The translations under genes and the position numbers were made by a program. From Nitrospirota bacterium (GTDB lineage Bacteria; Nitrospirota; JACRHJ01), in contig CAWJRJ010000012.1 of NCBI GenBank assembly GCA_963845245.1, positions 85,339 to 149,338 on the forward strand: 64,000 nt of DNA, given 5' to 3'. Of this stretch, positions 59,988-64,000 are shown one piece after another. Within the stretch, counting starts at the first letter, position 1, and the number at the start of each line of letters is the position of its first letter. The notes beneath the pieces are model-generated. The model was not told where the DNA came from. It saw only the letters and a list, made by a program, of their open reading frames with translations, and did not search any database.

Positions 59988-60120
59988 TAATATAACTCCC
60001 GCGAGAGAATTTTTCAATATCAAATTTCTAACTAATATTAGCATAAACATTTGCAAACGGGCATGTTTACCTTGACCGGACGGGGCGGTTTCAATATAAT
60101 TGATTCTGAAAGGCGGCCTT

Positions 60121-60984
60121 ATGTCAAGTGCAAGCACAAAAGATGCTTTACTCTCCGATTTCTTTTGGCGGTTCATGCGAAACCCGCTCGCGCTGTCCGG
60201 CGGCCTGTTGATTATCGTCCTCTTCGTGGTGGCGGCACTTGCACCATTGATATCTCCCGCCGACCCGAACCTTATCGATACCGCAAACATCCTGGCCGCA
60301 CCATCCGCACATCACCTGTTGGGTACGGATGAGCTTGGCCGGGACGTGCTCTCACGCATGATGTACAGCACCCGCATATCGCTTCTCGTGGGGTTCGTGG
60401 CCGTTGGAATCTCCACCATAATTGGAATAATAATAGGCGCTGTTTCAGGTTATTACGGCGGCTGGATAGACAGCGCCCTGATGCGTTTTGTGGACATCAT
60501 GCTCTGTTTCCCGACGATATTCTTAATACTCGCGGTCATTGCCATAATGGAGCCCTCCATCTGGAACATAATGGTGATAATCGGTATAACAGGCTGGATG
60601 GGAGTGAGCCGGCTGGTGCGGGCGGAGTTCCTCACACTAAAGGAACGCGACTTCGTGATGGCCTCGAAGGCCGTGGGAGCCAGGGACGCCAGGATCATAT
60701 TCCGCCACATACTTCCGAACGCAATGGCCCCGGTTATGGTCTCGGCCGTGCTTGGGATCGGCGGGGCGATACTCATCGAGTCGTCTTTAAGCTTTCTGGG
60801 CCTTGGCGTACAGCCGCCGACGCCGTCCTGGGGCAACATGCTGACGGCAGGCAAGGACAATATAGAGATCGCCTGGTGGCTTTCGCTGTTCCCGGGCCTG
60901 GCCATATTGATGACGGTGCTTGGCTACAACCTGCTTGGCGAGGGGCTGCAGGACGCTCTTAACCCGAGGCTCAAAGAGGATTGA
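60121..60984 (+). CDS. Oligopeptide/dipeptide ABC transporter permease (OppC/DppC type)
   Basis: LGTDELGRD, FVMASKAVGA (EAA loop), RHILPN, PPTPSWG, GEGLQDALNP. Confidence 0.92.
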   Translation: MSSASTKDALLSDFFWRFMRNPLALSGGLLIIVLFVVAALAPLISPADPNLIDTANILAAPSAHHLLGTDELGRDVLSRMMYSTRISLLVGFVAVGISTIIGIIIGAVSGYYGGWIDSALMRFVDIMLCFPTIFLILAVIAIMEPSIWNIMVIIGITGWMGVSRLVRAEFLTLKERDFVMASKAVGARDARIIFRHILPNAMAPVMVSAVLGIGGAILIESSLSFLGLGVQPPTPSWGNMLTAGKDNIEIAWWLSLFPGLAILMTVLGYNLLGEGLQDALNPRLKED

Positions 60985-61379
60985 TGGTAAAGAAGATCCT
61001 AATAGTGGACGACGAGGAGAACCTCAGGGCGTTGTATGAGGGCGAGCTCTCGGAAGAGGGTTACAAGATCGTCACTGCATCAAGCGGCGAAGAAGCCCTC
61101 ACTATGCTTGAGTCGGAGATGCCGGACCTGGTCACGCTTGACATAAAGATGCCGGGCATGGGCGGTATCGCCGCGCTCGGGGCGATAAGGGACAAAGACC
61201 CGAAACTTCCGGTGATAATGCTGACTGCATACCCGGAGTTTAAACGGGATTTCGACGTGTGGGCGGCAGACGCATACCTGACAAAGACCGCCGACCTGAC
61301 CGAATTGAAGGCGAAGGTCAAATATCTACTTGCAAACGAGGCCGCCGCCAAGCCTGCCTCGAAGCGGAAAGTGCTTTAA
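60984..61379 (+). CDS. Single-domain response regulator (paralog of 16637..16993)
   Basis: IVDDE, TLDIKMPG, TAYPEFK..FDVWAADAY. Confidence 0.9.
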   Translation: MVKKILIVDDEENLRALYEGELSEEGYKIVTASSGEEALTMLESEMPDLVTLDIKMPGMGGIAALGAIRDKDPKLPVIMLTAYPEFKRDFDVWAADAYLTKTADLTELKAKVKYLLANEAAAKPASKRKVL

Positions 61380-61380
61380 T

Positions 61381-62655
61381 ATGATCGAAGGAAAGACAGG
61401 GAGCGTGGAAGATCTCCAGGGGTATATCGATGAACTCCGCGGCCAGATAGCCGCGCAGAATACATTGCTTGAAGAGTACCGGGCGGTCATCGAAAAACTT
61501 ACCGGGGCACAAGACAAGTACAGGATAATAACCGCCAAGGAGAAGGTGGACGACGCGCTCAAGCTCCTGAACACGATGTACCACTATAACGGCGGCTATT
61601 CCGCCTCTCCCCACGGACATTACCAGGCATTCTGGCTGCGGGACATAATGTACTGCTCCATAGCCAAGGAGTACATGGGCGATTTCGACTCGGTGAAGAA
61701 GTCGTACTGGCTGATGCTCGACATCTTCGACAAGTACGGCGACAAGATAGACACCTGCATAGACAACAAACCGACCGCAAAGCACAACTTCCTGCACGCG
61801 CGCTACAGGGTGCACACCCTTGAGGAGTTCCCGGACGAATGGGGCCACAACCAGCTGGACATCTTCGGGCTGTTCCTGTACAAGATAGGGAACCTGCGGA
61901 TGAAGGGCATAAAGGTGCTGAGGAACCTGCGCGACGTGAAAAGGGTGCAGGACATCGTCTGGTACCTATACTCGATAAGGTGGTACGAGGCGCCGGACTA
62001 CGGCGTATGGGAGGAGGGGCCGGAGCTTCATTCCTCATCTATCGGCTCAGTCCTTGCCGGGCTTATGAGCGTGAGGCAGTATGTGGACGAGGTGCGGGTC
62101 CCGGCCCGGTTCATTGAGCTTGGGCAGGAGGCGCTAAGGAAGATACTCCCGAACGAAAGCGACAGCAGGCAGTTCGACCTGGCCCAGTTGTCGCTTATCT
62201 GGCCGTACAAGGTGCTGGAGCCTGAGATGCGCGACCGGGTGCTCCGTAACATCGAGACCAACCTTGTCCGTGAGAACGGCGTCATCCGGTACCCCAGGGA
62301 CTGCTATTACAGCGCCGACTGCAGCCGTGCCGAGGGCAACGAGGCCCAGTGGCCGATGGGACTTGCCTGGATCGCCATAATCTATTCAAAGATGGCCGAA
62401 GAGGCTGTATACAGGGGCGATTCCAGGGGGGCGGTCGAGTGCCTCAAGACGGCGCACCGCTACATAAAGAGGGTTGAAAAGACGATGGTGGGCAGCGACA
62501 TGAGCATCCCGGAGCTATACTCCGGGGGGAAGCCGAACCCGAACACCCCGCTTGCCTGGGCGATGTCGATGTATATCATCGCAGTGCAGGCGATGGAGAA
62601 CATAAAGGTGAAGATGGACCGCGATTCGCTGGAAGGGCTGGCGGCCAAGGAGTAG
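61381..62655 (+). CDS. Glycoside hydrolase family 15 (glucoamylase-like) with N-terminal coiled coil
   Basis: FWLRD, WGHNQLD, PDYGVWEE, GVIRYPRDCYY, NEAQWP, IPELY, PLAWA. Confidence 0.85.
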   Translation: MIEGKTGSVEDLQGYIDELRGQIAAQNTLLEEYRAVIEKLTGAQDKYRIITAKEKVDDALKLLNTMYHYNGGYSASPHGHYQAFWLRDIMYCSIAKEYMGDFDSVKKSYWLMLDIFDKYGDKIDTCIDNKPTAKHNFLHARYRVHTLEEFPDEWGHNQLDIFGLFLYKIGNLRMKGIKVLRNLRDVKRVQDIVWYLYSIRWYEAPDYGVWEEGPELHSSSIGSVLAGLMSVRQYVDEVRVPARFIELGQEALRKILPNESDSRQFDLAQLSLIWPYKVLEPEMRDRVLRNIETNLVRENGVIRYPRDCYYSADCSRAEGNEAQWPMGLAWIAIIYSKMAEEAVYRGDSRGAVECLKTAHRYIKRVEKTMVGSDMSIPELYSGGKPNPNTPLAWAMSMYIIAVQAMENIKVKMDRDSLEGLAAKE

Positions 62656-62705
62656 TACGGTTATCTGGTGTGTTATGCTAAAATATAGGAATGAGAGGTA
62701 ACATC

Positions 62706-62936
62706 ATGGCTGTGAAAACAAACGACCTTATTTCGATGGTCGAATCTTTACCGGCGGATATAAAAACTGAGTTGGTTGAAAAGATCCTGAACAGTTTGCA
62801 TCCATCGCAAAAAGAGATAGACGCACTATGGTCAAAGGAATCCGAAAAAAGGGTCAAAGAAATCAGGACGGGCAAGGTCAAAACCATACCCGGCGATGAG
62901 GTCTTCAGGGAAATCAAGAAAAGATTTTCCAAATGA
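62706..62936 (+). CDS. Addiction-module antitoxin (Unstab_antitox-like)
   Basis: SLP...LVEKILNSL..EIDALW.KE..KR...G.VKTIPGDEVF. Confidence 0.85.
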   Translation: MAVKTNDLISMVESLPADIKTELVEKILNSLHPSQKEIDALWSKESEKRVKEIRTGKVKTIPGDEVFREIKKRFSK

Positions 62937-63235
62937 AATACTCTTTCCATCCTGAGGCGAAGGAAGAGTTTCTTGATGCTGTTAGCTATTTCGAAGAATG
63001 TCGCTCAGGGCTTGGCTTGGAATTTTCAAAGGAAGTCTTCTCGACGATTCAGCGTATAATTCATCTCCCTTCAGCATGGTCTAAATTTTCAGAAAATACG
63101 AGACGGTGCTTAACCACCCGTTTCCCCTTCGGTATAATCTATCAAATCATTGAGAAAGAAATCGTAATCATTGCAGTCATGCAATTGAACAGGGAACCTG
63201 GTTATTGGAAGAAGAGGAAATTGAAGCTTAAGTAG
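62933..63235 (+). CDS. RelE/ParE family toxin
   Basis: FHPEAKEEF, GLGLEF, RRCL..RFPFGIIY, IIAVM...REPGYW; ATGA overlap with the antitoxin. Confidence 0.88.
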   Translation: MKYSFHPEAKEEFLDAVSYFEECRSGLGLEFSKEVFSTIQRIIHLPSAWSKFSENTRRCLTTRFPFGIIYQIIEKEIVIIAVMQLNREPGYWKKRKLKLK

Positions 63236-63276
63236 TTGCAAGTGTCTTATACGTATGACACAACTTCACGAGGATT

Positions 63277-64000
63277 ATGCTCTGGTTTCCACTTGCTCTC
63301 CTATCGGCCTTTTCACAGGCGACCACGGACGCCCTCACAAAAAAGTCGCTGGGCCGTACCGATTATTTCATGGTGGCATGGCTGAGGAATATCCTCGCCG
63401 TGCCGTTTTTGTTAGTGGCCCTACTCTTCGTGCCGATCCCGCACCCCGACTCCACGTTTTATTTTGCTGTGGCGGCCGCCCTGCCGCTTGAGGTGATAGC
63501 GACGCTTCTCTATACGAGGGCGCTTGAGGTGTCCCCGCTTTCTCTTACCATGCCCTTCCTCGCGCTCACGCCGGTATATCTCCTGCTCACCTCGTTCGTC
63601 CTTCTAGGCGAGGTGCCGAGCACTGCGGGCGCCGTGGGCGTATGCCTGCTCGGCTCGGGCGCGTATCTGCTGAACGCGCACACCGTAAGGGGCGGCGGGA
63701 TCTTCGCGCCGTTTACGGCGGTATACAGGGAGAAGGGCTCGATGATGATGATGGCGGTGGCGGCCATATTCGCGTTCACGTCGGACCTCTCGAAGGTGGC
63801 GATAATGCATTCATCCCCGCTTTTTTTCTCTGCCTTCTACCTCGTGGCATTCTCGGTGATATTCACCCCGATTTCGCTGTACCTTACAAAGACAAAGCTC
63901 TCGGCGGTGAGAAGCAGGATGCCTATATTCATCATGATAGGCGCGGCACTTGCCGCAACGAGCATATCCCAGAACATCGGGATGCAGCTTACGCAGGTAA
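63277..64000 (+). CDS. EamA/DMT family transporter, truncated by the window end
   Basis: Hand translation MLWFPLALLSAFSQATTDALTKK...YTRALEVSPLSLTMPFLALTP; open to the end of the window. Confidence 0.85.
   Translation, partial: MLWFPLALLSAFSQATTDALTKKSLGRTDYFMVAWLRNILAVPFLLVALLFVPIPHPDSTFYFAVAAALPLEVIATLLYTRALEVSPLSLTMPFLALTPVYLLLTSFVLLGEVPSTAGAVGVCLLGSGAYLLNAHTVRGGGIFAPFTAVYREKGSMMMMAVAAIFAFTSDLSKVAIMHSSPLFFSAFYLVAFSVIFTPISLYLTKTKLSAVRSRMPIFIMIGAALAATSISQNIGMQLTQV

Noticed and set aside
61381..61510. GH15 N-terminal coil resembling the proteasomal ATPase (ARC/Mpa) coiled coil
   Set aside because: Generic heptad similarity only; no Pup or proteasome genes are in the window.
62706..63235. TA pair as a marker of a mobile element
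   Set aside because: No transposase, integrase or terminal repeats; it looks like an ordinary chromosomal TA insertion.

Overview
A 64-kb chromosomal segment from a moderately GC-rich diderm bacterium. Gene content (mglAB, rubredoxin/rubrerythrin, LonC-type protease, TauE-DUF1634, DUF2155 lipoproteins, CIRCE) suggests a Nitrospirota- or Desulfobacterota-like anaerobe; this is inference only. Most of the window is housekeeping, stress and carbon-storage genes: Lon-like protease, TldD, PfpI, two HtrA, galT-glgA-histidine kinase-receiver, diguanylate cyclase, rho, polX, nth, RNase II-like, PEPCK, JAB-DinG, pdhABC, OsmC, a CIRCE-preceded hsp20-htrA-batD-moxR cluster, GH15 and a ParE-type TA pair. 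About 30 reading-frame breaks, nearly all single-base insertions and many in conserved genes, point to sequencing or assembly error, so I joined the split ORFs by eye. I saw no rRNA, tRNA, CRISPR array, transposase or integrase. The best candidate for an undescribed system is a triplicated two-gene cassette (42.4-48.8 kb). Each copy encodes a small secreted protein plus a larger secreted protein that carries the same unrecognised beta-rich domain followed by Ig/cadherin-like repeats. Other highlights: (1) a Cys/His metal-binding domain fused to a histone-H1-like tail with an internal RBS and start codon; (2) a ~57-nt candidate sRNA with its own promoter and terminator whose 5' part could pair with the rho leader; (3) a palindromic GntR operator present twice; (4) paralogous atypical receivers linked to glycogen synthesis and glucan hydrolysis genes; (5) two AT-rich islets with possible defence cargo.
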